Below the pieces are notes generated by a model. That model ran no database searches. It saw only the letters and a program-made list of their open reading frames with translations, and was not told the DNA's origin. Positions 53,332 to 61,315 of a stretch of DNA of 64,000 nt are shown here, one piece after another. Source of the stretch: a virus (Duplodnaviria > Caudoviricetes); the IMG/VR virus record IMGVR_UViG_3300043409_000415, positions 830 through 64,829 of that record. One strand, written 5' to 3'. How positions within the stretch are numbered: position 1 is the first letter of the stretch; every line of letters starts with the position of its first letter. The position numbers and the translations under genes were made by a program.

Positions 53332-53652
53332 TCAATTGTCGGTAGGTTTTTCATCTTCAACTAACAGTAGTTTTTCAAGTTCTTCACAGACAAGTTCGCC
53401 AAAGGATTTCCCGGAAGGGAACCTCATCTGCGATGCTTTGTTGTCTACGGTGCATTGCATAGATGCTTTTACACCAGCATTGAAAGCTGCTGTGTACACA
53501 TCTCCAGATGCGATACGGGCATGGATAGCTTCCCGTACAAGCTGGCTCATGGGAGTCCGCTTCCTCTTGGAGAAAGCTTTCATGTCCTTGTAGACTCCTG
53601 GGTCTAGATAAGCCATGAACGGTTTAAATTTAGGCGAAGGGGTCATTTGCAT
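53332..53652 (-). CDS. Ribbon-helix-helix DNA-binding protein
   Basis: PFMAYLDPGVYKDMKAFSKRKRTPMSQLVREAI. Confidence 0.65.
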   Translation of the reverse strand: MQMTPSPKFKPFMAYLDPGVYKDMKAFSKRKRTPMSQLVREAIHARIASGDVYTAAFNAGVKASMQCTVDNKASQMRFPSGKSFGELVCEELEKLLLVEDEKPTDN

Positions 53653-54016
53653 CCTCGTAGTCTTTTAGTAGTTGATCGAACCTAGCTTGTGCGTCCTTGT
53701 TCCCATGAAGCTCTGTCCTAGACTGAATCCCCAAGGAAACGCAGAGTGTTCCTGCTGCGCCGTCTTCAGTAGCGCATCCCATGAACCTTTGGAACAACTC
53801 TGCCTTGCAAAGAATTGCTGCTTTCTGGGTGCGGCTGTTGTAAATTACCGGGGACTCATCGTCATTGATCCTTACAAGGGCACAGCCGTACCTAGCCCCA
53901 ACGAAATCCCTAAGTAGTTCATCAGGGATCTCATCAGGATGCAAGGACAACGTCAGCACATAACCAGTCCGGTCTTGCTTTAACGCAACCTTGCGAGCTT
54001 CAAACTGGAGTGCCAC
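53630..54016 (-). CDS. Conserved hypothetical protein
   Basis: GTG start, ALQFEARKVALKQD...HPDEIP...LC...IQSRTEL. Confidence 0.65.
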   Translation of the reverse strand: MALQFEARKVALKQDRTGYVLTLSLHPDEIPDELLRDFVGARYGCALVRINDDESPVIYNSRTQKAAILCKAELFQRFMGCATEDGAAGTLCVSLGIQSRTELHGNKDAQARFDQLLKDYEDANDPFA

Positions 54017-54407
54017 GGTGTCCTGCCTGTGAGTCACGCAGACCGATCTGCCATTCAAAGTAGCTAGTCAACACTTGATACCCTTTGACCTCGTCCTTGG
54101 CCTTGTAGAGGCTCTTAGCCATCGCAGCAAGCTCTTCCTTTAAAGTGAAGATGCGGGTAGTAAGCTCCTTCTCCAAATTGGTTTGCTCCCGGATCACATT
54201 CCGGACAGTTTCAATCCCTGGCTTTAAAGGATTGACAGGAGCAATCTTCTTCTTGCCCTTGCGCTTAGGCTTAGCCAGTCCCAAGGCTTGCCTACGGGCA
54301 TAGTAGACATTGGAGCTATGCGAATCAGGAAACGCAGTGATGCATTCCTTGACAGTGGCTTTAGGGTTGTTCTTAAAGAACTCCCTCATCTGTGCTGCTA
54401 CATTCAT
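54000..54407 (-). CDS. HTH plus coiled-coil protein
   Basis: NPKATVKEC...SNVYYAR then heptads. Confidence 0.55.
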   Translation of the reverse strand: MNVAAQMREFFKNNPKATVKECITAFPDSHSSNVYYARRQALGLAKPKRKGKKKIAPVNPLKPGIETVRNVIREQTNLEKELTTRIFTLKEELAAMAKSLYKAKDEVKGYQVLTSYFEWQIGLRDSQAGHRGTPV

Positions 54408-54417
54408 TTAAATCCCC

Positions 54418-54720
54418 TTAGAAAGGAAAGTCTTCTTCTTTCAGATCTGCCTTCTTAGGGGCAGGCGCACTACCATCCGCGACATAGCGGTTGACAGAGA
54501 TGGAGAGGTACGTCGCCCCTGCCTTGGTCTTCTTCTTCCAGCCATTGATCTTGAAGGTCACAAAGCCATCTTCAACCTTAGCCGCAGTCATGTCATCAAT
54601 GTTGATGGCAAGCTCACCAAAGTAGTCTGGCGCTTTTTCATGCAGCTTGGTCTTGCTAGCCATCAACCGGCCAGAGTCCGGGCGCTGCTCAAATGGGGTG
54701 TTGTAATCGCTCATTCTCAT
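54418..54720 (-). CDS. Putative single-stranded DNA-binding protein
   Basis: KAPDYFG...GWKK...YLSISV with acidic DFPF C-terminal tip. Confidence 0.65.
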   Translation of the reverse strand: MRMSDYNTPFEQRPDSGRLMASKTKLHEKAPDYFGELAINIDDMTAAKVEDGFVTFKINGWKKKTKAGATYLSISVNRYVADGSAPAPKKADLKEEDFPF

Positions 54721-55454
54721 TCTCCTTTAGTGGCAGGCAAATCAGCCCGTGCCGTTTTAAACACATGAACAACTTTCTCGTACAGCGCTGCGTTGTTCGC
54801 TTGCAACCTCTCAATTTGCTCCTGATTTGCTTTCCAGTAGCTCATCAAGTCCTGCCCTGATTTACATATCCCTACGAAATCAATCATGCTCTGGCCGAAC
54901 AAGGCGATGTTTGCATCATCCTTATCGTCCCTGACCTTTGCCTCCACGGTCTTGACAGGAGTCTTAACCTCTGGCTTTGCCGGAGCATCCTCTTGCTCAG
55001 GGAGATCTTCCCCGGCATAGATGTAAAGGCCAATCCCATGAAGAGCCAGAGCCTTGGTCATGCACCGCATCAGGCTGGTGTTGACTTGGAACGCATCCGG
55101 CTTTTGGATGGGCTTGTTCCTGTGATCCATGATCGGCAGGAAGCAAGTCATGGGCTTTCCAAACATGGTGACCGTGACCCAGACCATCCCTGTGCCGTTG
55201 ATATCCATGAAAGGCACACCGTTGAACAGAGTTACCTCAAATGAGGCATTTGAATCTGCCTTTAAAGCTTCTGTCCATGCCCAAGCCCAGCTTAGATAGC
55301 TAAGCCCGTTCTTCTTCTCCGTGTGATCCTTAACGTTAAGCTTCAAAAGCTCCAGAATCTTGTCCACCGAGTTCTCGTTGGTACTGATCGCACCACTTGG
55401 CAACTCCACAGAACTCTGCGCAACGCCTTGGTTCTCCTGGTCTGACTTCGACAT
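54717..55454 (-). CDS. sak: Sak-like (DUF1071) single-strand annealing protein; start may be GTG 55367
   Basis: EKKNGLSYLSWAWAW...LPIMD..N...MRCMTKALALHGIGLYIYAGEDLP. Confidence 0.85.
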   Translation of the reverse strand: MSKSDQENQGVAQSSVELPSGAISTNENSVDKILELLKLNVKDHTEKKNGLSYLSWAWAWTEALKADSNASFEVTLFNGVPFMDINGTGMVWVTVTMFGKPMTCFLPIMDHRNKPIQKPDAFQVNTSLMRCMTKALALHGIGLYIYAGEDLPEQEDAPAKPEVKTPVKTVEAKVRDDKDDANIALFGQSMIDFVGICKSGQDLMSYWKANQEQIERLQANNAALYEKVVHVFKTARADLPATKGE

Positions 55455-56220
55455 AACCCTTCTCCTCTTTCGCCCGTTCCCGAGCCTCGTTTAAATCACT
55501 GTAGATCTTGATGGCAGTTTTCCTGCCCTCTCGTTTTACTGCGTACACAGTCTCTGTCATCCACCGTTCTTCTGGGGTGCAATCCCGAAGATCATCACCT
55601 AGATGGTGGGAGATCTTTGAGTCCCGATGTAAATCCAACCTATCCCGTACAAATGTCTCGGCCCTTACCGAGTCCCACATAGGGATCTCAAGGTTCTGAA
55701 CTGGGGCTTTCGGGTAGTTCTCCCGCTTGTCGTTGCGACTCCAGTCCCGGATGATCGCGGTGATGAACAGACCAGAAACCTTCTTGCGCTTCACGGTCTC
55801 CACCAGCCATTTGTAGACGTTAAGCTGCTCCTCCCACTCCTTCTTGTTCTTCATATACGCCCAGGCAGAGGTGGTCTTGAAATCTGTTACCAGAACACCG
55901 CTCTCTGTCTCGTGCTGCAAGTCTATCTGCCCACTCACAACAACGCCATCAACATCAATGAATAACCTTTCTTCCGTAAGGTGATTGTCTGTCTTCGCGT
56001 TCTCCAAGATGTTGTGGATGGCGCTACCGATCAACTGCCACATCATGTCAGCTACATCAGTCTCCATCTCATGGTAGTGCTTGTCTGTTAGCCGCTTGAT
56101 CTTGGGAGATGACATGATCTCCGTGACGCTATACTGACTAGCTCCCTTCGTGTAGGTCTGCTTGTTGGCGAGGGTGACAAAGACCTCTGGCAAGCCGTGT
56201 TTGTTGGTGATCTTCAACAT
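55336..56220 (-). CDS. Cas4-like PD-(D/E)XK exonuclease
   Basis: GSAIH...SGQID...DFKTTS...QLNVY; C-terminal RCAEFC...WC; ATG 56220 after AGGAG. Confidence 0.8.
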   Translation of the reverse strand: MLKITNKHGLPEVFVTLANKQTYTKGASQYSVTEIMSSPKIKRLTDKHYHEMETDVADMMWQLIGSAIHNILENAKTDNHLTEERLFIDVDGVVVSGQIDLQHETESGVLVTDFKTTSAWAYMKNKKEWEEQLNVYKWLVETVKRKKVSGLFITAIIRDWSRNDKRENYPKAPVQNLEIPMWDSVRAETFVRDRLDLHRDSKISHHLGDDLRDCTPEERWMTETVYAVKREGRKTAIKIYSDLNEARERAKEEKGYVEVRPGEPRRCAEFCGVAKWCDQYQRELGGQDSGAFEA

Positions 56221-56237
56221 CTCTCCTAGGAGTTGCA

Positions 56238-56690
56238 ATGCAGGAAACGGATGATAGCACTAGTCTTGAGGACTTGCAAGCCCTATCTCAAACAATTTTT
56301 GGTGAGCCCGCTTCCAAGGCCAACAGCAGGAAGATCGTCAGGTACGGGGGCATGTCTCGGATCATCAAGAGCGCCAAGGCTTTAAATTATGTTGACATAT
56401 TTAAAGCTCAGATCCATCCAGGGTGGACCCCTCTCGACGGGGACGTAGTGGTCACTATGCACATCTACTACGCAAGCCGTAGACCTGACCTAGACGAGTC
56501 CTTGATCCTTGATCTGCTCCAGGGCTCAATGTATTTAAATGACCGTCAGGTCAAGGAGAAACACATCTACTGGCATCTGGACAAGGAGAACCCGCGAGCC
56601 ATCATCGAGGTAAAAAAAAGCCCCTCACTGCAAGGGGGGACAGTGAGGGGCCAAGGGCCGAGGAGGCTAAGCCGTCAACTCGGGAGCTAG
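56238..56690 (+). CDS. rusA: RusA-like Holliday junction resolvase (start uncertain)
   Basis: GEPASKANSR...RRPDLDES.ILD.LQ...Y.NDRQV...DKENPR. Confidence 0.75.
   Translation: MQETDDSTSLEDLQALSQTIFGEPASKANSRKIVRYGGMSRIIKSAKALNYVDIFKAQIHPGWTPLDGDVVVTMHIYYASRRPDLDESLILDLLQGSMYLNDRQVKEKHIYWHLDKENPRAIIEVKKSPSLQGGTVRGQGPRRLSRQLGS
56251..56279 (-). promoter_or_regulatory. Sigma70-like promoter of the leftward operon
   Basis: TTGCAA-N17-TATCAT with extended TG, 30 nt upstream of ATG 56220. Confidence 0.65.
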
Positions 56691-56746
56691 GCGAGAACTA
56701 GCCAACGAAGTGTACCACAGGATCACCCCATGCGCCACTGAGCCTT

Positions 56747-56772
56747 CTATAGCCGACTATAGCCGACTATAG
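56747..56772. repeat. 10-bp tandem repeat (CTATAGCCGA x2.6)
   Basis: ctatagccga ctatagccga ctatag. Confidence 0.8.
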
Positions 56773-56794
56773 AGACCTCTCTCTAAAGAGGGTG

Positions 56795-56824
56795 TTGCAT
56801 TCCTGCGTTGTGTTGTGCTACAGT
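56795..56824 (+). promoter_or_regulatory. Sigma70-like promoter of the replication operon
   Basis: TTGCAT-N18-TACAGT with extended TG. Confidence 0.55.
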
Positions 56825-56826
56825 CT

Positions 56827-56950
56827 CGCCAACGTCGGGGTTGGAAATCCCGGTGGCAAGCCAATAGATTAGACTCTGTGCCCCTGTACTGGGGCGTCTC
56901 GCTCACAAGGCGGGATTTTCCACACAGGGGTCTTATCTATTGGCTTTTTC
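56827..56950 (+). ncRNA. Leader RNA: 5' hairpin plus branched stem ending in a U-tract (attenuator or C4/CI-like)
   Basis: AAGCCAATAGAT-t-AGACTCTGTG / CACAGGGGTCT-t-ATCTATTGGCTT stem enclosing two hairpins; CGGGATTTTCCA is complementary to upstream TGGAAATCCCG. Confidence 0.6.
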
Positions 56951-57212
56951 TATTCCCGGACCCCACCCGTCAGCAAGAGCTATACCGGCTGCGTGGGAGA
57001 ACAGGTACGAGGTATGTCGAAAGACTACGGGGCAACTACCCCCAGAAATCCTCGGGGCTGGGTTTATCTGCAAGCCTAGGGGTCAGGTGACTGACATGCA
57101 GAATCGTCGTGAGACGGGTGACACCTACTCTCTTTTCTCCTGGGCTGGGGAAGGGGGGGTTTTGGGTGATATATACCAGGGAAGAGGGTTTTCCCTACAA
57201 GGGGGCTAAGAA

Positions 57213-57464
57213 ATGCTGGTAGGTTATGACATGTTTTACATGGTCTTCGTCGCGGGTATGAGAATGCCTAAAGTCGTACATGAGACCATCGAGGAAGCAA
57301 GACACGCAGTCAAGCTTTTAAAGGATGCAGGGTACACAAAGGAGATCTTCATCATGGGTGTTGTTGAGAAGACACCGGGGAGGAAGATCCTGACTTTAAA
57401 GCCTTGGGTGACCGTAGAGCCTAGGCCAAAGAAGGAACAACCTTTAAAGAAGGGGAAGAAATGA
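57213..57464 (+). CDS. Hypothetical protein
   Basis: YMVFVAGMRMPKVVHETIEEA. Confidence 0.6.
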   Translation: MLVGYDMFYMVFVAGMRMPKVVHETIEEARHAVKLLKDAGYTKEIFIMGVVEKTPGRKILTLKPWVTVEPRPKKEQPLKKGKK

Positions 57465-57946
57465 TTGAGGTAAAGCTCTCTGCGGATGAGATGTACCAAG
57501 CCGCGATCATTGGTGCTCATCGTCGGATCACCTGCATGTACGGAAGGAACGCAGACAAACGACAACAAGATCGCCGGGGGAACAACTGGACAATAGACAT
57601 AGAGGCATGTGGCGCTGAGATAGCCGTCGCAAAGCTTTTAAATAAGTACTGGGTCGGCGGGTCTTTTGATGGTCAGCAGAAGTACGATGTAGCGAACAAG
57701 CAAGTTCGCCATACCTCGTTCAATGGAGGGGACATGTTCATCTACCCGAGAGATGACCCGTCACATGAGTACATCCTTGTGACCGGCACTGCCCCGGATT
57801 TCAAGGTCATCGGCTCGATCCTTGGAAAAACAGTTCAAAACCTAGGGTATACCCATGACTGGTGGATCTATCCAAAGACTAAACTAGTGCCCTCGTGGTG
57901 GGTTCCGCAAACCGCTTTGATGAAGCTAAAGGAAGATGTAGGATGA
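57461..57946 (+). CDS. Hypothetical protein, possible PD-(D/E)XK-like fold
   Basis: GAEIAVAK...YDV...QVRHT...YILVTG. Confidence 0.55.
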   Translation: MIEVKLSADEMYQAAIIGAHRRITCMYGRNADKRQQDRRGNNWTIDIEACGAEIAVAKLLNKYWVGGSFDGQQKYDVANKQVRHTSFNGGDMFIYPRDDPSHEYILVTGTAPDFKVIGSILGKTVQNLGYTHDWWIYPKTKLVPSWWVPQTALMKLKEDVG

Positions 57947-57986
57947 AAGACCCCGAGGACACCGTAACTTTTGAGCTGGAGCTTAC

Positions 57987-58226
57987 ATGGCAAGAGACTA
58001 CACCCAAGAATACAAGACGCAGCTTTCAAGAGGAGAGCATGAGGCGCGGATGGAAAGACAGAAAGCACGCAGGAAACTTGATTCCAAGGGAGTGTCCCGT
58101 GCAGGAAAGGACGTTGCCCATGTAAAGGCACTGTCCAAGGGAGGTTCAAACTCTGACGGAGTAAGGTTGGAGTCAGCTTCCAAGAACAGGTCATTTAAAA
58201 GGAACGCAGACGGGAGCATGAAGTGA
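57987..58226 (+). CDS. Small HNH-like protein
   Basis: GKDVAHVKALSKGGSN...SASKNRS. Confidence 0.7.
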   Translation: MARDYTQEYKTQLSRGEHEARMERQKARRKLDSKGVSRAGKDVAHVKALSKGGSNSDGVRLESASKNRSFKRNADGSMK

Positions 58227-59941
58227 CACCTGAGTTCGTTGAGCAGTTCCATTTCGGCGAATCAACAAGGGTAAGTTGCCCATCCTGTTCAGGTGACAGG
58301 AAGAAAACAAACAGCAAGGACATGACCCTGACAAGGAAGGCAGACGGTGCTGTTGTGTACCACTGCCATCATTGTTTAGAGACAGGTTCTGTACAGCCTG
58401 AGAAGAAACGGGAGTTCAAATTGTCAGCGGTCCCACAAAAAGAAATCATCAGCAACAAGTTAGAAGCAAAGCACTACAGTTACCTATTAACAAGGGGCAT
58501 TACGCAAGAAACCGCAGACAAGATGAAGTTGTTTGCTGCGGACAAGTTCTTCTCACGTTTAAATAAGGTCACGGACGCGATAGGTTTTCCCTATTACCGG
58601 GACGGGGCATTAGTCGCGGCAAAGTACCGCAGCTTTCCCGAAAAGGACTTTACACAGGACGCGGGCGGGGCACACGATTTCTTTGGGATTCACCTCGTAG
58701 AGAAGGGTAAACCCTTAGTCATCGTAGAAGGTGAGATTGATTGCCTGACATTGATCCAGGCAGGGATAGAAAACGCAGTGAGTGTCCCAGCGGGTGCGCC
58801 TATCAAGGTGGCAGATGGGAAGGTGCTTCCTTCGGAGGATAAGAAGTTCTCCTATGTCTGGAATGCAAGGGAGATCCTGGACGCAGCGCCCTATGTCATC
58901 TTAGCGACAGATCAGGATGCGCCGGGGCAGGCCTTAGCAGAAGAGCTTGCTAGACGGATAGGAAAAGAGAAATGCAGAGTAGCTAAGTTTTCCAAGAAGG
59001 ACTTGAACGAAGTCTATCTCGGTGACCCATCTCAGGAAGGGGGTGACCCATCTCAGGAAGGGCCGAAACGGGTCCGCGATGTGATCGACTCTGCAGTCGC
59101 ATACCCCATCGCAGGCCTGTCCGATGCTTCGACCTATGCCGATCGTTTAAATGACCTATATAACCAGGGCACGGGCAAGGGATTCTCGACCGGATACTCG
59201 TCGGTTGATAGCATTTACACCGTCGCCCCAGGTCAATTAACCGTTGTCACCGGTTATCCATCATCGGGTAAATCTAATTTTGTCGATCAGATTATGGTTA
59301 ACCTAGCCCGAGGGTCAGAATGGAAATTCGCAGTCTGTTCGTTTGAGAATCAACCCGAGATTCACATCAGCCGGTTAATGGAGATTTACACGCGCAAAAG
59401 GTTCTTCGACGGGAAGGACAGGATGACGCAGGCCGAAAAGGACGATGCATTTAAATGGGTCAACGATCACTTCCTGTTTATTGATTCAAACGGCGAAGAG
59501 CCGTCAACCCTCGATAGCGTATTAGAGCGGGCCAGGGTCGCAGTCAAACGCCTGGGGATAAGGGGGCTGATAATCGACCCTTACAATTATCTTGAACTGC
59601 CACGCGAGAATCTAACCGAGACCGAAGCAATCAGCCAGATGCTGACGCGGGTTCAAAAGTTTTGCAAGGCGCATGACGTTCACACGTTCTTCATTGCGCA
59701 CCCCTCGAAAATAAACCGCGCAGGGGTCGATCAGCCAAGGCCTGACGGTATGAGTATCAGCGGATCTATGGCATGGTGGGCGAAGACTGATAACGGGATC
59801 ACAGTCCACCGAGGCGCGGATAAGCTGGTGGAAATAGCAGTATGGAAATGCCGATATCGCTGGGTCGGTGCTCAGGGTGAAACATCCCTGTTATATAATA
59901 AAACATCCGGCACATATGCCGAGAATCTAGATATGTTCTAA
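58223..59941 (+). CDS. Primase-helicase (T7 gp4/Twinkle-like)
   Basis: Zn finger CPSC...CHHC; Toprim VEGEID and TDQDAPG; Walker A GYPSSGKS; IIDPYN; AHPSK. Confidence 0.92.
   Translation: MTPEFVEQFHFGESTRVSCPSCSGDRKKTNSKDMTLTRKADGAVVYHCHHCLETGSVQPEKKREFKLSAVPQKEIISNKLEAKHYSYLLTRGITQETADKMKLFAADKFFSRLNKVTDAIGFPYYRDGALVAAKYRSFPEKDFTQDAGGAHDFFGIHLVEKGKPLVIVEGEIDCLTLIQAGIENAVSVPAGAPIKVADGKVLPSEDKKFSYVWNAREILDAAPYVILATDQDAPGQALAEELARRIGKEKCRVAKFSKKDLNEVYLGDPSQEGGDPSQEGPKRVRDVIDSAVAYPIAGLSDASTYADRLNDLYNQGTGKGFSTGYSSVDSIYTVAPGQLTVVTGYPSSGKSNFVDQIMVNLARGSEWKFAVCSFENQPEIHISRLMEIYTRKRFFDGKDRMTQAEKDDAFKWVNDHFLFIDSNGEEPSTLDSVLERARVAVKRLGIRGLIIDPYNYLELPRENLTETEAISQMLTRVQKFCKAHDVHTFFIAHPSKINRAGVDQPRPDGMSISGSMAWWAKTDNGITVHRGADKLVEIAVWKCRYRWVGAQGETSLLYNKTSGTYAENLDMF
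59021..59062 (+). repeat. Perfect 21-bp in-frame tandem duplication (GDPSQEG x2)
   Basis: ggtgacccatctcaggaaggg twice. Confidence 0.9.
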
Positions 59942-59943
59942 GC

Positions 59944-59978
59944 AAAAGAAAAGGGCCCCGAGGGGCCCTTATTTATTT
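59944..59978. terminator. Bidirectional terminator between convergent arms
   Basis: AAAAGAA-AAGGGCCCC-GA-GGGGCCCTT-ATTTATTT. Confidence 0.8.
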
Positions 59979-60218
59979 ATCTGCCATAAATATCGCATTG
60001 TTTAGATTCTGCGTCGTTCCCTGCCTCACCTTAATATATTCCCCTTTCTCGTGTTTCATTCTCCACACCTGCCATATACCATTCTCCCAAGTAATAAACC
60101 TCTCCCATTTTTTCACAAACCCGTCGTGATCTATTAGCTCGACCCGTTGGTGCGGGTATGTTGCTTTCAAAAACGCAGGGGCTCTATTCGTTACCACCTT
60201 AATACGTTTAAATGTCAT
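59973..60218 (-). CDS. Hypothetical protein
   Basis: 81 aa, starts MTFKR like ORF 60718-61014. Confidence 0.55.
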   Translation of the reverse strand: MTFKRIKVVTNRAPAFLKATYPHQRVELIDHDGFVKKWERFITWENGIWQVWRMKHEKGEYIKVRQGTTQNLNNAIFMADK

Positions 60219-60501
60219 ACCGGTGTTGAATCACACAAATAACCTCATTGGCGTGATCAGTTTGAAACGCCCGCAGGCTAGTGCAGAAATACCCTCCCGC
60301 AGGCGAATGGGTTTCCCGATAAACCAGGGGCAGGAAGGCATTGTGAACCTCGTCCGCGCTTATATCGTCTTGATCGGACCAGAATCTAACCCATTGGTCT
60401 GACCCCTCGCAGCCTAGGTGCATAGTGCTGAGGGTTTCACAAAAAACCTCAAGCGAAGGATATTCAGGATCTGACCTTGGAATTTGAATAGAACCGTTCA
60501 T
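60208..60501 (-). CDS. Hypothetical protein
   Basis: 97 aa, RBS GAGGAG, PAGGYFCT motif. Confidence 0.6.
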   Translation of the reverse strand: MNGSIQIPRSDPEYPSLEVFCETLSTMHLGCEGSDQWVRFWSDQDDISADEVHNAFLPLVYRETHSPAGGYFCTSLRAFQTDHANEVICVIQHRYDI

Positions 60502-60717
60502 TTAAATCTCCTCAGTTAAAATGAGTCGGGGGAAGGGCAAACGGTGGGGCTCAGTTTCCACCATTTGCGACCAATACCTATATCCCAAGTTTTGATTCTC
60601 GCGGTATTGTTTATCCCTTTCCATTTGATCCTGATCGGTATAAACACCGAAAACCACCTCGTCGCCTACGCAGCATTCAAACAGAATCCAGACGGGGATT
60701 GATTGACCTAATTTCAT
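60502..60717 (-). CDS. Hypothetical protein
   Basis: 71 aa, RBS GGAG, abutting TAA-ATG junctions. Confidence 0.55.
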   Translation of the reverse strand: MKLGQSIPVWILFECCVGDEVVFGVYTDQDQMERDKQYRENQNLGYRYWSQMVETEPHRLPFPRLILTEEI

Positions 60718-61014
60718 TTAAATGTCTCCCAATGATGTATAGCCGTGGCCTTGCACCGCTTTGCCGATTGCTTCCAATGCATCGGATATCAGCGGGTCAG
60801 AATAAGGGGCCTGATACGCCTCCACAATCGCCGCGAGGGCCTTCAACAGGTCAGGCGCAGCAGCGCATAGAGCCGCATTCGCCCGCTGAGCCTCTACAGG
60901 GGCCCAGGTCTGCGCACAATCAGCCACCAGGGCGATCCCGTGGCGGGTATGAGACCAAACCGTAGCAGTTTTCGGGGAGCAAGCCCATTCTCCACCTGTT
61001 CGTTTAAATGTCAT
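60718..61014 (-). CDS. Conserved phage protein
   Basis: ANAALCAAAPDLLKAL motif. Confidence 0.7.
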   Translation of the reverse strand: MTFKRTGGEWACSPKTATVWSHTRHGIALVADCAQTWAPVEAQRANAALCAAAPDLLKALAAIVEAYQAPYSDPLISDALEAIGKAVQGHGYTSLGDI

Positions 61015-61241
61015 GCGTCACCTACTGGTTTCATTGCCAAGCGGATATCTTCAAACCCTTCCATCATTCCGATAACATCGCTGCGCGTCGGGCGATACCC
61101 GCCAATAAACCCCTGGGCGATGAAAATCCACGACCCATTGTGCAGAATATAACCCTGCCAGAGCGACCCTTTAATTCCATTAAACCAGCATCGGCCCAGC
61201 GGATTAAACCGAGCCCCGCAAACATAAAATGTTTTGATCAT
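61011..61241 (-). CDS. Hypothetical protein
   Basis: 76 aa, RBS GGAG. Confidence 0.5.
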   Translation of the reverse strand: MIKTFYVCGARFNPLGRCWFNGIKGSLWQGYILHNGSWIFIAQGFIGGYRPTRSDVIGMMEGFEDIRLAMKPVGDA

Positions 61242-61315
61242 TTACCATTCTCCGAAATAAGTAAACCCAATAACAAGCGCCAGAATCAGCGCCCCGAAAT
61301 AAGCCGCGAGGTATA

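Noticed and set aside
55336-56220. Cas4-like gene as part of a CRISPR system
   Set aside because: It sits with Sak and an SSB-like gene as a recombination module; no array or other cas genes
56815-57209. ORFs 56815-57090 and 56940-57209
   Set aside because: They overlap the promoter and structured leader and lack an RBS; a short leader peptide cannot be fully excluded
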